Shown: in pieces, positions 1-11,892 of the stretch
Numbering within the stretch: the stretch's first letter is position 1
Layout: each line of letters starts with the position of its first letter
Assembly: GCA_013239625.1 (NCBI GenBank)
Contig: MU055362.1
Location: forward strand, 1,875,430-1,939,429
Reading direction: 5' to 3'
DNA length: 64,000 bases
Origin: Lama guanicoe
Lineage: Eukaryota
Program-made: the position numbers and the translations under genes
The notes under the pieces: model-generated
Told to the model about the DNA's origin: nothing
What the model saw: only the letters and a program-made list of their open reading frames with translations
The model's database searches: none

Positions 1-244
1 GTTTCCCCATCACATGGTCCTTCTGCCTTGCCAGCCATCAGGGTCATTTCCACTTCAATTCATTCCTAAACAACCCGAGGTGACAGGTTTTCAGCAAAAG
101 CAGAGGAGAGTGTTTAGGATTATGTACCAGGACCTGATAAAAAGTTCCTGCAAATATACCCTAGACCTTCATCAACCACAAAAGAGCAATCCACCTGTCC
201 CTTCAGGGGCTTCCCCCAAGAAAAAGCATGAGTCCTGGTGAAGA

Positions 245-450
245 AGAGCATAGCTGGGGAGTCAGGTCAACCCCTGTCCAAAACCCACCTGGACCATTTT
301 CGGCTGTGACCTTGGGCTGGTAGCACAACCCTCCTTGATCCTCATCCCCCTACGTGGACAGTAGAGACAAAAATCGCCTGCCTCCTGGGACTGTTTTGAG
401 GATGGGATGAGGTCATGCTTTTAAACTACCACACGCAGGGTCTGGTGCAG
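245..450 (+). mobile_element. MIR SINE (degenerate)
   Basis: MIR core-like ctgtgaccttggg...cctcatccccc...gactgttttgaggatgggatgag. Confidence 0.6.
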
Positions 451-1560
451 GGTCTGGCAAGTGGCCCTTCGTAAGTGTCAGGTGTCATTATGAGATCAAT
501 GGAGTCTGCAAGCTATTCCACCAAATCCATTTTGGGCCTGAACCTCTCTGCTCAGTATCAGCATACAGGAGAGAGACACGTTCTCCCCTCAGATTGTTCC
601 CAGTGTCACCAAGGAGACACAACAGCCCAGGTGAAACAGCAGAACAGGCAGGGGTGCTATGTCGTGTAGTGCACAGCAAGGATGCTGGAGACCAGAGACC
701 AGGGAGACCAGCTGGAAATTCCGGGGAAGCACATGGGAAGCTCTCAGCCCAGCGCCTGGCCCGGAACAAGTGCAATTATTATCTAGTCTTTGCTGCAGAG
801 GGAAATGGGACAGGTGCCTCCTCCTTCACCAGGATTAACAGTTGCTGCCACCTGGCCTCCAACTCCCACCTCTTATTGAAGGACAGGGGCTCCTGCAGGG
901 AACTTCACTTCACTGCCGCGTGCTTGCCTGGGGCCTTTTTCAGTATCCCTTGTTTTCCTTCTCTTTATTGCTTGCTCTCTCTCTTCCTTGCCTTTTGGCT
1001 CAGTGTGGGAGTTATTTGATTTATTATTTGCTAAACAGGCAAACCTTTTTTTTCCCTAGCTAAATTTCATAATTTTACAAGTGCTGGCGAGAGTGTTCCA
1101 AATACCATAAACCATCTCCATGAAGTCCTTAAATCCATTCAGGCTGCTTCGGGATTATGTATCATCTAGCAAAATGCATTGGCTTTGTGGTGCTTTATCC
1201 TTTTATTTAAACTTCACTTGTTTCTTGTTTGCTTTGTTGTTTTTTTTTTAACAAAAACCTTAACACTAAAGAAATGAAGCTGCCAGCACATACTTCCCTA
1301 GGTATTAGGACTCCCTGATTAAATTCAGAAAACAGCAATAATCATACAAGTGATTCAAGCTGCACTGAAAAGGCTCCCGCAGTTATTTGTCGCATCAGCA
1401 ATACCACCCATTGCCAGGGACCATCGGTCGGCCTGGGTCCCACATTTGGCCCGGGCATTCTAGAAGAAATATATTAGAGCTGGAAATAAACATCAAGATG
1501 ACCTATTCAAGCCCACATTTAACACAGAGGAAACTGAGGCTAGCAAGAAGAAGAAGTGAC

Positions 1561-1930
1561 CTAAACTTGGAAATAACCAAGATGTCCTTCAGCAGGTGTA
1601 GACAGATTCCCTGGGGCACAGTCTGACATTGGAATATTACTCAGCGCTCAAGGAAAGGAGCTGTCGAGCTACAAAAAGACATGGAGGAAACTTAAGTGCA
1701 TGTTACTAAGTGAAAAAAGTCAACCTGAAAAGGATACATATTGACTGAGTCCAACCATATAACATTCTGGAAAAGGCAAAACTACGGAGTTAATAAAAAG
1801 ATGAGGGGTTGCCAGGGGTTAGGGACGAGGGAGGGATGAATAGGCAGAGCACACAGGATTTTTCAGGCAGTGAAAATACTTTGTATGATATTGTAATTGT
1901 GGATACATGTTACTGTACATTTGTCAAATG
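1561..1930 (+). mobile_element. L1MC-type LINE-1 3' end
   Basis: aaccaagatgtccttcag...ttactaagtgaaaaaagtcaacctgaaaagg...cattctggaaaaggcaaaact...atgaataggcagagcacacaggattttt resembles L1MC1-type 3' UTR. Confidence 0.8.
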
Positions 1931-4729
1931 CCATCTAACACCCCAAGTATCACCCTGCGCCCAGACTTCACATAGTTTTTATTCTAGCAAGCATCACATG
2001 GTCTCTTTCTCGCAGTTGACAAGAGGATGGGTATCAGAACTGATTCCAGGTACTAGACCCTGTCCATGCACCACTCCAGACCTTCCCACCCCCTGCCCTC
2101 CTGCTCCCCAGAGCCCCTCTAAGAGGGTTGATGCCATGTTCTTAGCTGTATGTCCAGCTCCTGCGGCCACCGCCTTGCTGCCATGGATTAGGAGCCCCTC
2201 TTGTGGCATCGACAGACCAAGTCTGCTCGGTTCACACACCGGCCAGAGCAGACCACAGGGCAGCTCCGTCTCTCCCAATACCTCCCTGGGTGGACTAGGA
2301 AACACAGCCCAGAAGTACAGCAGTGTTCACGCCCTACAGGACGGACTTTGACCAATGAAGCCAAGAGACAGGATGGTAAACACAGAGAGAACACTGCTGG
2401 GATGCCCACTCGTGCCAGACACTGCACTGAGTGCTTCACAAGTGAATGATAACAACGACCAACATGTATTGAACCTCTAACGTGTTCCAAGTACTGGGCT
2501 GCACTAATCCAAGACCACACCGCTAGAAAACAAAAGGACTGGACCCCAGTCCGACTCATCCCAAAGGCCATGAGGCACCCCGCTTCATGTTTCTCCTCCA
2601 GTGAGAGGTGGGTCACACCATAAGGTCCAATCATGTTTTGATGGGATCTTATTGTCTGACCACTTAAAAAGTGACATAAATGATCATGTCTTTTCTTAAC
2701 TAAATTAAGGCCTATTATGATGTTTCCGCTTTTGAGAAAGAACGTATCAGAGGATCAAACTACTCCTCAACCAAAAAACTTATTTTAATTGCAGAGAATC
2801 ACGAGTGTTATGGAACATGGACTCTCCCCAGGGAACTGGGAATAGCGCATATAAACTGCATCACAGCACTCCACTAATTAGGAATGCTTAAATGGCAGCT
2901 TGTATCTCAGGGGGCCGCGGCAGGCAAGAACCATGCCGTTCCATCAAGCCTGGAAGCAAGTACTTTGTCATTAACCTGATGTATAATTTATGTGGACAAA
3001 AACGTGTCTCCTCTCTTTCCAAAACAGACAAGCGCCAGCAAAGAGCCCCAGCTGTGCACCCCAGCCCCTCCACAGACAAATACCATTCCTGTAATGGTCT
3101 AACTTTTGTTTCAACCTGCAGCACATTTTACAACATTGCCCCTACAGCGGACAAGGGGTCCAGACGTCCTGCCAACAGGGAGCTGATGTGCTGCTCGGGG
3201 GAGCCCAAAAGAACAGCTCTTCTTTCTGCAGTCACACAGCCCACGGCATTTTAACTAGCCGCATGAGTCTGGGGGCATGAACGAGGCACCCTGCCCAAAG
3301 GGTGGCCAAGGCTCAGGGACACAAAAACAGGCCGAGTCTATACCACAGGGCATTTGACTTCCCGAAGCCCCAGGACCCTTCCTACACTCACAGGCTCACA
3401 GTCTTCTCACCACCTGAGCATCCCTGGCGTTGCTGTTGTCTGGGAGTGACCTGAATGGAAGTCCTCCAAGGCCCTCTGCATCCTAGGTCTGCAGCAAGAC
3501 GACATTGAAGAAGGCATGGTGAGGCAGCTTCTCCTTTGCATCAGCTCAAGTCGCTGCCGTGACCCAAGGACAGCTCTGGCAGCCCATCCATCTTGTTACC
3601 TGCACAGAAGCAGGCACCTGCTCTCCCTCCTCAGGGCTCCTCCACACGCAGCTCTCACCCTACGATTGCCTCTCCTTATGCTACTCTCTCTGTATCATGT
3701 TAAAAACTTACCTGGAGAAAGGATTTCATTTGTCAACTTGTCATCTTCCAACATGGAATGTCCTACTGGCCATAGTTGCTTGAAAGGCCACCAATGGGCT
3801 ATACACTGGTTCTTTTCTTCCTCTTTTATCTCTAGATCCCACTCCCATTTCCCTGCTCCCTGCCACCACCGTAGGCAACCACTCTAAATGGCCTACTGCA
3901 CCTCTTTTTTGTGTTCTTGCAAATTGAGTAGCATGATTATGCATGTATTTTCATGAAAGTACTTTATGTGCATGCTGTATCTCTCATTCTGTCTCCTTAA
4001 ATCCTTGTTATCTTTCAGAGTCAAGCCCCACCTCCTTTATGAATGTGATAAAACCAGAAAAACACATGAAAGGATACAGAAGATTTTGTACACAACACAT
4101 GGTAAAAGCCAGCTATAAACTCCTGAAAGTTAGGAGCTCAGGTTGGACCCTTGTCAGAGATACTGGCCTTTGCCTAGTCTGGTCAGCAGTGGTCAGACAG
4201 GGTCACGTGGCACAGAGCAGGTACCTGCACACAAAGGATTTCCGGTGACCCATCTTCTCCAAGGGCATGGTCACAGCAGCCACCCTGAGTCCTATAGACT
4301 TTCCTTCAGTCTGTTCCTCAAATGAAGGAATGCTATGTAATAGTAAGCCTGCCTATTCCCATTCTGAAATTTCCTCCCAGCATCTCATATTCAAAACCAG
4401 CACCTCCTTCAAAATTCAGAGAGTCCTCCCAGAGGGCCCTCTTACTCATGTTTACCATGTGTCTTCTCCATACTTGTCTTGCACATAATTTTGAATTTAT
4501 TGTCAAAATGCTTAGAAAGAACAGTATTCTTAAGTTAGGTTTATTCCACCATCAGATTGTCAACCTGCTGAAGAGAGGCACCAGTCTATTATGTACGTGG
4601 GAAGAGGCAGAGAATGGTATTCATCTAAATTCCAGGAGTGAGGGGTAGCTGATTCTCATGAGAAAGATGAGGAGAGAGGAACCCCATTTCCAGGAGGCAG
4701 TGGGAAGGCCCTGTATCAAGACCTTGGCG

Positions 4730-5025
4730 ACATAACAAACCACCACAAAATCGAATGGCTTGAAACCACTTTTTTTGGTCTTACCTCTCATAGTTCTGTG
4801 CATTTACGAGACTCTGCCCAGCTGCCTTTTACTTGTCTCTTATACAGCTGCCATCAGATGCTGGCTGGGGTCAGCTGAAGGGTTCACTGAGACAGGCGTT
4901 CAGGTGACTTCTTCACTCCCACAGCTGGTGGCTGCCCATCAGAGCACCTCTCTCTGCTCTCAGCCAGCTTGGGCATCTTCTGAGCATGGTGGTCTCCGGA
5001 TGGTCAGACCACTAAATGACGGCTG
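4730..5025 (-). mobile_element. MaLR LTR (old MLT1-type) fragment
   Basis: ataacaaaccaccacaaaat...atggcttgaaacca...ctcatagttctgtg and ttctgagcatggtggtctc typical of reverse MLT1. Confidence 0.6.
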
Positions 5026-5037
5026 AGTCTTTAAAAT

Positions 5038-5540
5038 TGTGCCCCATGGGGTTAAAGAAACCGGTGACTAATTGGAATTCTTGAGCTGGTCTTCCAGGAT
5101 GACGCATAAGGAAGCAACTTGTCCAAACAGGACAAAATTGGCCGAAACCGGTTGGAGCCGATAGGGCAGACTGGAGTCTGCGCAGTACAGACCCGCCTGT
5201 GGGACGGGCGACCTTTTGACGTCACAGCCCAAATTTCCCGCGCGTTTCGTACCAGCTCCCCTCACATCCCTCGGAGAAGCGGGCCGCCGGCCTGCGCCTG
5301 CACCTAAGAACCCATCACTTCCTTAAACTTTGTAACTAACCGCTTTTTTCCTTTCTGCCCTGCCCCCTAGCCGTAACCCTTAAGTACCCGCCTCATTGCC
5401 CGTCGGGGACACAGATTTGGGCCGCGCCTCCTCTCTCCCTGCCTGCGGACCTCACAATGAAGCTTCTTCCTTTCTCAGAAACCCGTGCCGTAGTATTGGC
5501 TTCTACGCCGATGGGGCAGAGAGCCCTTTGCTCGGGAACA
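5038..5540 (+). mobile_element. ERV1-class solo LTR, unusually CpG-rich
   Basis: TG...ACA ends; R/U5 tail (tttctcagaaacccgtgccgtagtattggcttctacg...gagccctttgctcgggaaca) homologous to the LTR tails at 40424-40510 (rev) and 58460-58547; poly(A) signal position reads AATGAA (5456-5461). Confidence 0.8.
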
Positions 5541-5800
5541 CCCTCGCTTCCCATGGTTGCCATAGCAAATTGCCACAAAGAGGGTGGCCTGGAGGACAGG
5601 ATTGCATTCTCTCGCAGCTCAGAAGGCCAGAGTCCAAAACCACGTGTGAGCAGGATTCCTTCTGGAGGCTCTGAGTGAGACGACCTCCTGCCTCTTTCCA
5701 GCGTCTGGTGGCTCTGTTACAGACCCCCAGCAGGGTGCGGTCTCCTCCACGGGTCCTTCACCCCAAGTCGCCTACGCCAATCAAAGGCGAACGGGTTTGG
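5040..5800. promoter_or_regulatory. CpG island with promoter motifs (candidate LTR-derived promoter/enhancer)
   Basis: ~32 CpG counted in 5038-5540 and about a dozen more to 5800; TGACGTCA 5217-5224; TGACGCA 5100-5106; YAACNG 5149-5154(-) and 5337-5342; CCAAT boxes; X-box GTTGCCATAGCAAA 5556-5569. Confidence 0.55.
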
Positions 5801-6438
5801 TGCAGCAAAGCAGACACTTAACTCACTGATCAAGGAGTGGAGAAGGGAGGGCTTGTCTAAAACACCTTCTCCCCTCCCTCCCCCCCCCACAATGGATGGA
5901 AATTTTAAGGGGGAGGAGGGAGGCTCCTTTCAGGCCTCCAGGAAAGGGGTGGAGATTTCCAGGGGGAGCCGGACCACTTGCAGCCTTGTGTGCTTCTCTG
6001 CCCAGGGCAGGAATTGTGCCTAGCAGAATACAAATCCCCTCCTGGGTGGAGATCTTAGATGTTAATGAAGCAAAGGTAACTGTCAGATACCTCCAGGCCA
6101 CGTCTGAGCAGATGTGTTTTTAAGTCAGAGCCAGTTCAGGGAGACTGCACTGCATATCTCTCAAAGCACAGCTGCAAGACATCTCTGTCAGATACTAAGT
6201 CCTTGAAACAAACACAGGAGATAACCCCAGTGTCTGCCTCCATCTTCACGTGGCTTTCTTCTCCGTGTGTGTCTCTCTCTGTCCTCTCCTCCTATGAGGA
6301 CATCAGTGGATTCAGGACCCACTCTCAGTCCAGGATGTCTTCTAGGTATCCTTAACTAATTACATCTGCCAAGACCCTATTGCCAAGTAATTTCTAGGTG
6401 GACATAAATTTTTGAGGGACACTATTTAACCCTCTACA
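5556..6438 (-). mobile_element. MLT1 (A-D type) MaLR LTR split by an ERV LTR
   Basis: 5556-5714 (ccttctggaggctctgag...ctggtggct) resumes at ~6222 (tctgcctccatcttcacgtggc...taattacatctgccaagaccctatt...ggacactatttaaccctctaca). Confidence 0.8.
5715..6215 (-). mobile_element. ERV LTR nested in MLT1; same family as 36250-36730
   Basis: starts TGTTAC; shares aggggtggagattt, tgtgcctagcaga.tacaaatccc.c..gggtggagatct.aga, aagcaaaggtaact, aagtcagagc and ctctcaaag with the 36250 copy. Confidence 0.75.
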
Positions 6439-7182
6439 GCTGGTTTCCCTCAGAATACGATTTTCAAGAAACGAAGGCAGAAGCTGCAAGGCTTCATCTG
6501 ACCCAGCCTCAGATGCAATAGTGATTACAAGTGAGCAACAGGGCCAGCTCTGATTTAAGAAGAAGAAGCCATAAAAGGGCATGAATACCTGAAGCATGGT
6601 CTCTTGGGGCCATATTTGGAGACCAGCATCTATGCGAAGGACCAGGGGAAAAAGGAAGGGAACAGGAAGAACAGAACACTGAGGGGAGAGACAGAGATTC
6701 TTAGGACTGCAGTGGCAGGGGACAAGGAAAGCAATGCATGTACTTGACTTCCAGGAAAGGTCTGGGGGCATAGCAAGAGGAAGGACAGAGAGGGTTTTCA
6801 GGAGCCACCATCTGGTATAAGAGAAAAGCTGTGAGGGAGAGAGATACCTAAAGAGGATTTTTAAGAAGTTTTACTACACGTCAAGCCTGTCCTCTTCCCT
6901 TTGACATTCCTCAAGAGATTAGGTAAAGATTTAAATCCCTTTCATTTATGTTTCTCTTCCTGGCTGTTATTTTTCACACATGATTTTCTGCAGGCCAAGA
7001 TCACAAGATTCCAGTGTTTTTGCACAACCTACATATCTCTAACCTTCTCAGTAAAGCCAGCACAGGGCTCTGCCCATTAGATGTGATTGACAAATAATGA
7101 CCAGTTTTAAAGAACCTAAAAGTTTAGTTTGAGAGATTGTATATTTGAATGCTGAAATGAGGATTTTGTTTAAATAGAAGCA

Positions 7183-7408
7183 TATGTATATATAAAACAG
7201 ATAAACAACAAGGACCTACTGTATAGCACAGGGAACTGTATTCAATTTCTTGTAATAACACATAATGGAAAAGAATCTGAAAAGAAAATATATATGTATG
7301 TATATGTGTAACTGAATTGGTTTGCTGTACACCTGAAACCAACACTGTATATCAACTACACTTCAATGAAAAATTTTCAAAACCTTTTAAAATTTTTTAA
7401 ATAAATAA
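7183..7408 (+). mobile_element. Cetartiodactyl L1 3' end
   Basis: aaaacagataaacaacaaggacctactgtatagcacagggaact...tgctgtacacctgaaac...A-rich tail. Confidence 0.85.
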
Positions 7409-8384
7409 ACAGGAGAACATGCACACGCTTTCAAAAGAATACCAACCAAATTGTCCTCACTGTTACAAGTTTCAACAGGGTATGGTTGAATTTTTATACT
7501 CTGAGTATCATTAAAGGTGATATTTGGCTAACTGCCTTCGAAGGAAAGTTTGTCTGGAAGGTCCAATTTATTGAGCACTATGGCTGGCAGTTAGTCTTCA
7601 GAAAGCAAAAGACTCAGATTACATAGGCAATGTTCCCACATGGGCTACACAAAACATCCCCACAATAAGCTCAATAATTCTCCTGGCTCAAGAAATTTTT
7701 AGAGGGTGACTAGGACCCCAGGCAACAAATGGGGATTTTAGAGCTGCAGGCTTTCCAGCTCTGGGGAACTTAGTTAATCACAAAGATTAAGGACTCAAAT
7801 TACTCAGATGATGTTTAGACCCCAGCCAATGAAACAAACCAGCCATGGAAGGAAGTCCTTGGAAATATTTCCCATTTCAATCTTGTAGATGTAATCTGGG
7901 TACAGAAGACTAGGAACTGACTCTTCTTATAACCAGCACATCCAATCTGGTATTTTTTAGTTAATATTTGTTGAAGACTTACTATGTTATGCATTTGATG
8001 TAAATAATCTCATTTAATTCTTACAACATTCCTGTGAAATTGGTACTAATGAAAAGAAGATGTACTAGGCTGAAATTCTGGGTGGGGGTGGATGGAATAT
8101 TCCTTGCTCAAAAAGACTGTCCTGCAGTGAAATATAAAGAAGGGTTTACATACTGTCTGGATACTAAAGACTATAAGAATAAAATAAGCCAAGAACATAG
8201 TTTGAGTTCTAACAAATCAAGCCAAGGGCTCAAAGAGGGTTTAAACACAAGTTTAAATGTATTTAAATGTTAAAGTTATATTACAGGTATCCAGATCATA
8301 TGAATGTATATGTTCTTAATCCTACAATCTAGGTTAATGTCATTAAAATTAAACAGATATAAGTATATAAATTAAACATCAATT

Positions 8385-9098
8385 NNNNNNNNNNNNNNNN
8401 NNNNNNNNNNNNNNNNNNNNNNNNNNNNNNNNNNNNNNNNNNNNNNNNNNNNNNNNNNNNNNNNNNNNNNNNNNNNNNNNNNNNNNNNNNNNNNNNNNNN
8501 NNNNNNNNNNNNNNNNNNNAATATTAAGCATACAGTTACAATAAACCAGCAATTCCACTCTGAGATATCTACTCAAGAAAAATGAAACCATATGTCCNNN
8601 NNNNNNNNNNNNNNNNNNNNNNNNNNNNNNNNNNNNNNNNNNNNNNNNNNNNNNNNNNNNNNNNNNNNNNNNNNNNNNNNNNNNNNNNNNNNNNNNNNNN
8701 NNNNNNNNNNNNNNNNNNNNNNNNNNNNNNNNNNNNNNNNNNNNNNNNNNNNNNNNNNNNNNNNNNNNNNNNNNNNNNNNNNNNNNNNNNNNNNNNNNNN
8801 NNNNNNNNNNNNNNNNNNNNNNNNNNNNNNNNNNNNNNNNNCATTTACATGGAATGTCCAAAGCGGGGAAATTCACAGACACAAAGTAGATTAGTGGTTC
8901 CCAGGGGAGAGAGAAATGGGCAGTGATTGCTAATGGTTATAGGGTTCATTTGGGGGGAAAATGAAAATATTCTGAAGATTGTCATATGATAACTGCACCA
9001 ACTCTGTGAATATACCAAAAACCGTTGAATTGCATATTTTTAAAGAATGGACATATATCTATATGAATTATATCTCATAAGACTGCTATTGAAAAAAG
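8385..9098 (+). mobile_element. L1MB-type LINE-1 3' end (partly N-masked)
   Basis: ccagcaattccactc...aaatgaaaccatatgtcc; aaagtagattagtggtt...gtgattgctaatgg...tgtgaatataccaaaaaccgttgaattg. Confidence 0.85.
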
Positions 9099-9168
9099 AA
9101 GAGAATAGAAAGGAAAGTATAAAGAAAAAGGTGATTTTAAAAGGGCCACATGAGGGGAAGTCTGAGGA

Positions 9169-9760
9169 CAGGGATGGATTCAGGGTTGAAGGCCTCAAAA
9201 TTTATACAATTTGAGTAACCTTCAAGAAAAATAATTTTTTAAATTCCAACGCATTGTGCAACAATGTGCCTGTGGTTAACAATACAGTACTGTACACTTA
9301 AAAATTTGCTGAGGGTAGATTCCATGTTATGTGTTTTTCACTACAATTTAAAAATGCAAATATAAAATTCAGTGCAAAACTGGAGATTTAGAATGAGAAA
9401 AGAAATGACAAGTTATGGATTTTTTAAAGCTGGAAAACAGCCAGAACACATTTATAAAACCACATTTGGAAGGGAGGTGGGGGTGGAACATTTTCCTTTT
9501 TTCTTTTTAAATTGAAGTATAGTCAGTTACAATGTGTCTGGTGTACAGCACAATGTCCCTGTCGTGCATATACACACATCTATTCATAAAACCACATTTT
9601 TTTATTAGCTAACTGCCTATTGTATGTCTACAACTCCATTTCCTCCATTGCTGGCTGCCTAGTCTTTGTTCATTTTTCTGTGAGACAATGATTTATATCA
9701 TTTTCTACAGGGAGAACAGAAAACATTCAGTCTTTCCTCTAGCAGAGTTGATACAAACTG
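9169..9760. mobile_element. hAT-Tip100 (Arthur1-like) DNA transposon remnant carrying two L1 fragments
   Basis: terminus cagggatggattcagggtt...ggcctcaaaatttatacaatttg; internal tcattttctacagggagaacagaaaa...cagtctttcctctagc. Confidence 0.5.
9468..9585 (-). mobile_element. Short camelid-type L1 3' fragment with 14-bp TSD
   Basis: TSD ATAAAACCACATTT at 9454-9467 and 9586-9599; body ttgaagtatagtcagttacaatgtg...ggtgtacagcacaatgtccc matches 15781-16066 reversed. Confidence 0.85.
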
Positions 9761-11164
9761 TTTTTGATCATACACCTATCCCAATTTCCTCCTCCTCAAG
9801 ATGAGTTTCCTGCCTTCCCAGGACACCCTCCCCAGAGATGGAAGACAGTTTTTATCTTCTCTTTGAGCAGGACTTCACCCTCTACACTTGAACTTCCCAA
9901 CCCCAGCCAGGCCAGGCTGGTGAAGACACGGTGAAACCAGCACTCTCATCCTGCCCAGGGATGAGTAAACAAATTCAACTGTTTCTGGAAAACAAGTTGG
10001 CAATAGCTATTGGCGATGTCTCTAAATGCCACCTCTGGGAATTCCTCCTAAGGAAATAACTTTAATGCAAGAACAATCTAAATGTCTGACATAGGAAAAT
10101 AATAAAAGAAATTCTTACATCTGATCAAGTGTTGGCACCTTTTAAAATGGTCATTAAAATAATGTAATAACATGGGGGAGTTATAATACATATCGTATTG
10201 CATAATTATAATAAGCCATGGGGTGATATAAAACTGTGTACACAGTATGCCTAGAACTAGATTTGTTTTTAATCCAGTGCATAAAGAAAACAGATAAAAA
10301 GGAAATGCACCAAAATGCTAAAATGATTGTGCTGGGAGAGGCTTCTGTAAATTTTCCTTATCTCATGTAAATTTTGTAGTGAAAATAAGGTTGCCTAATA
10401 ATCCTGTCTGCTCCCTGCCTCAGCCCATAGAATTAACGGTCCTAAATATTAGCAAAGCAGCTGGCTCCTTTGAGAGAGGCACTATGATAAATAAACATAA
10501 AATATCATCTTTTGGCAAAATCACTTGTTTACTCATAGCAATATTCTGGTGAGGTGAGGGGAGAATCAATGCAGTTAAATATTTTCACCTCTGAAACTGC
10601 CCCACACATTCTATCTAGCTTTGCTCCCATGACTGAAACCTCTGTTCAGTGTCTCCTGAACATACAGTTACAGAGTCACTGTCTCCATGCCATCTGCTGC
10701 GTGCTCCCCAGACTTGGAAATCAGAATGACTCAACAAGAAGCACACGAAACTGCCAAGAATTGTCAGAGGTGCAAGTTATTGTAATAACAACCTGGCGGC
10801 GGCAGCAGAACAGAGAAAACAGGAGTTTGTTCTTATAGCTGCTGGACCAGAACTGATGAGGGAAGGAAGAAAGGAGAAGGTGAAAACACAGTCAACAGTC
10901 AGTGGTGGGAAACTTGCAACTTGGGTATTTGTAAGGAAAGCACTTACATTTGAGGTAGTGGTCCCGTCATATTTTAAACACCCAAACGTCACCATAGAGA
11001 GAAAATTCCATTCAAGTCGAGTTCATGTTGGACTTCACACCATAGGCTTCCTAACAAAATAGCCATGTGATTACAGAGAGGTGAGAGCCACATGTAGGAA
11101 GCTGAGCCACAAGCTCATGGTAGCCTTCCTGCATCGAAACAGAGCTAAACCTTGACTGCCATAC

Positions 11165-11355
11165 ACAGCGGAAAGAACCCCAGGCTGTGGAATCGGAAAG
11201 ACAGGTTCAAATCCAGACTCGGCCACTTCCTAGCTGTGTTTCATTAATGAGATGCTTCACCTCCCGCCCCGACTCAGTTTCATTATCAGTATAATGGGGA
11301 TAGTAAGTCCTGTTTTACAAGATTCTTAGGAGAATCAGAAATGATACGTGTAAAC
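11165..11355 (+). mobile_element. MIR SINE interrupted by L1
   Basis: ggttcaaatccagactcggccacttcctagctgtgt...ctcagtttc; tail resumes at ~11900. Confidence 0.75.
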
Positions 11356-11361
11356 ATAAGA

Positions 11362-11892
11362 AGAACCATATGACTCAGCAGTTTCACTCCTGGGTATCTA
11401 ACCAACAGACAGGAAAACNNNNNNNNNNNNNNNNNNNNNNNNNNNNNNNNNNNNNNNNNNNNNNNNNNNNNNNNNNNNNNNNNNNNNNNNNNNNNNNNNN
11501 NNNNNNNNNNNNNNNNNNNNNNNNNNNNNNNNNNNNNNNNNNNNNNNNGGATATTATTCAGCAATAAAAAACAAAGAAATACTGATGCACTCTACAGCAT
11601 GGATGAACCTTGAAAACGTTACACAAAGTGAAAGAAGTCAGACCCAAAAAGCCACGTATTTTATAATTCCATTTATATGAAATGTCCAGAATAGGCAGTT
11701 CTGCAGGAACAGAAGTGGATTCATGGCTCCTAGGATTGGGGAGGATGATAGCTGGAGGGAATGAGAGCTAAAACTGACTGTGGTGATGGTTGCACATATC
11801 TGTGAATACACTCAAAACCGAGTCTTGTGCTCTTAATGGATGAACTGCATGGTATGTAAGTTTTATCCCAATAAAGCTGTTATTTAAGAGAA
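11362..11892 (+). mobile_element. L1MB/L1ME 3' end (partly N-masked)
   Basis: accatatgactcagcagtttcactcctgggtatcta; catggatgaaccttgaaaacgtt...aaatgtccagaataggca...aataaagctgtt; diverged TSD agaaatgatacgtgtaaa / agaagtggtatgtataaa. Confidence 0.85.

Noticed and set aside
10951-10959. TGAGGTAGT matching the let-7 5' end
   Set aside because: Only 9 nt match and no complementary hairpin arm is evident.
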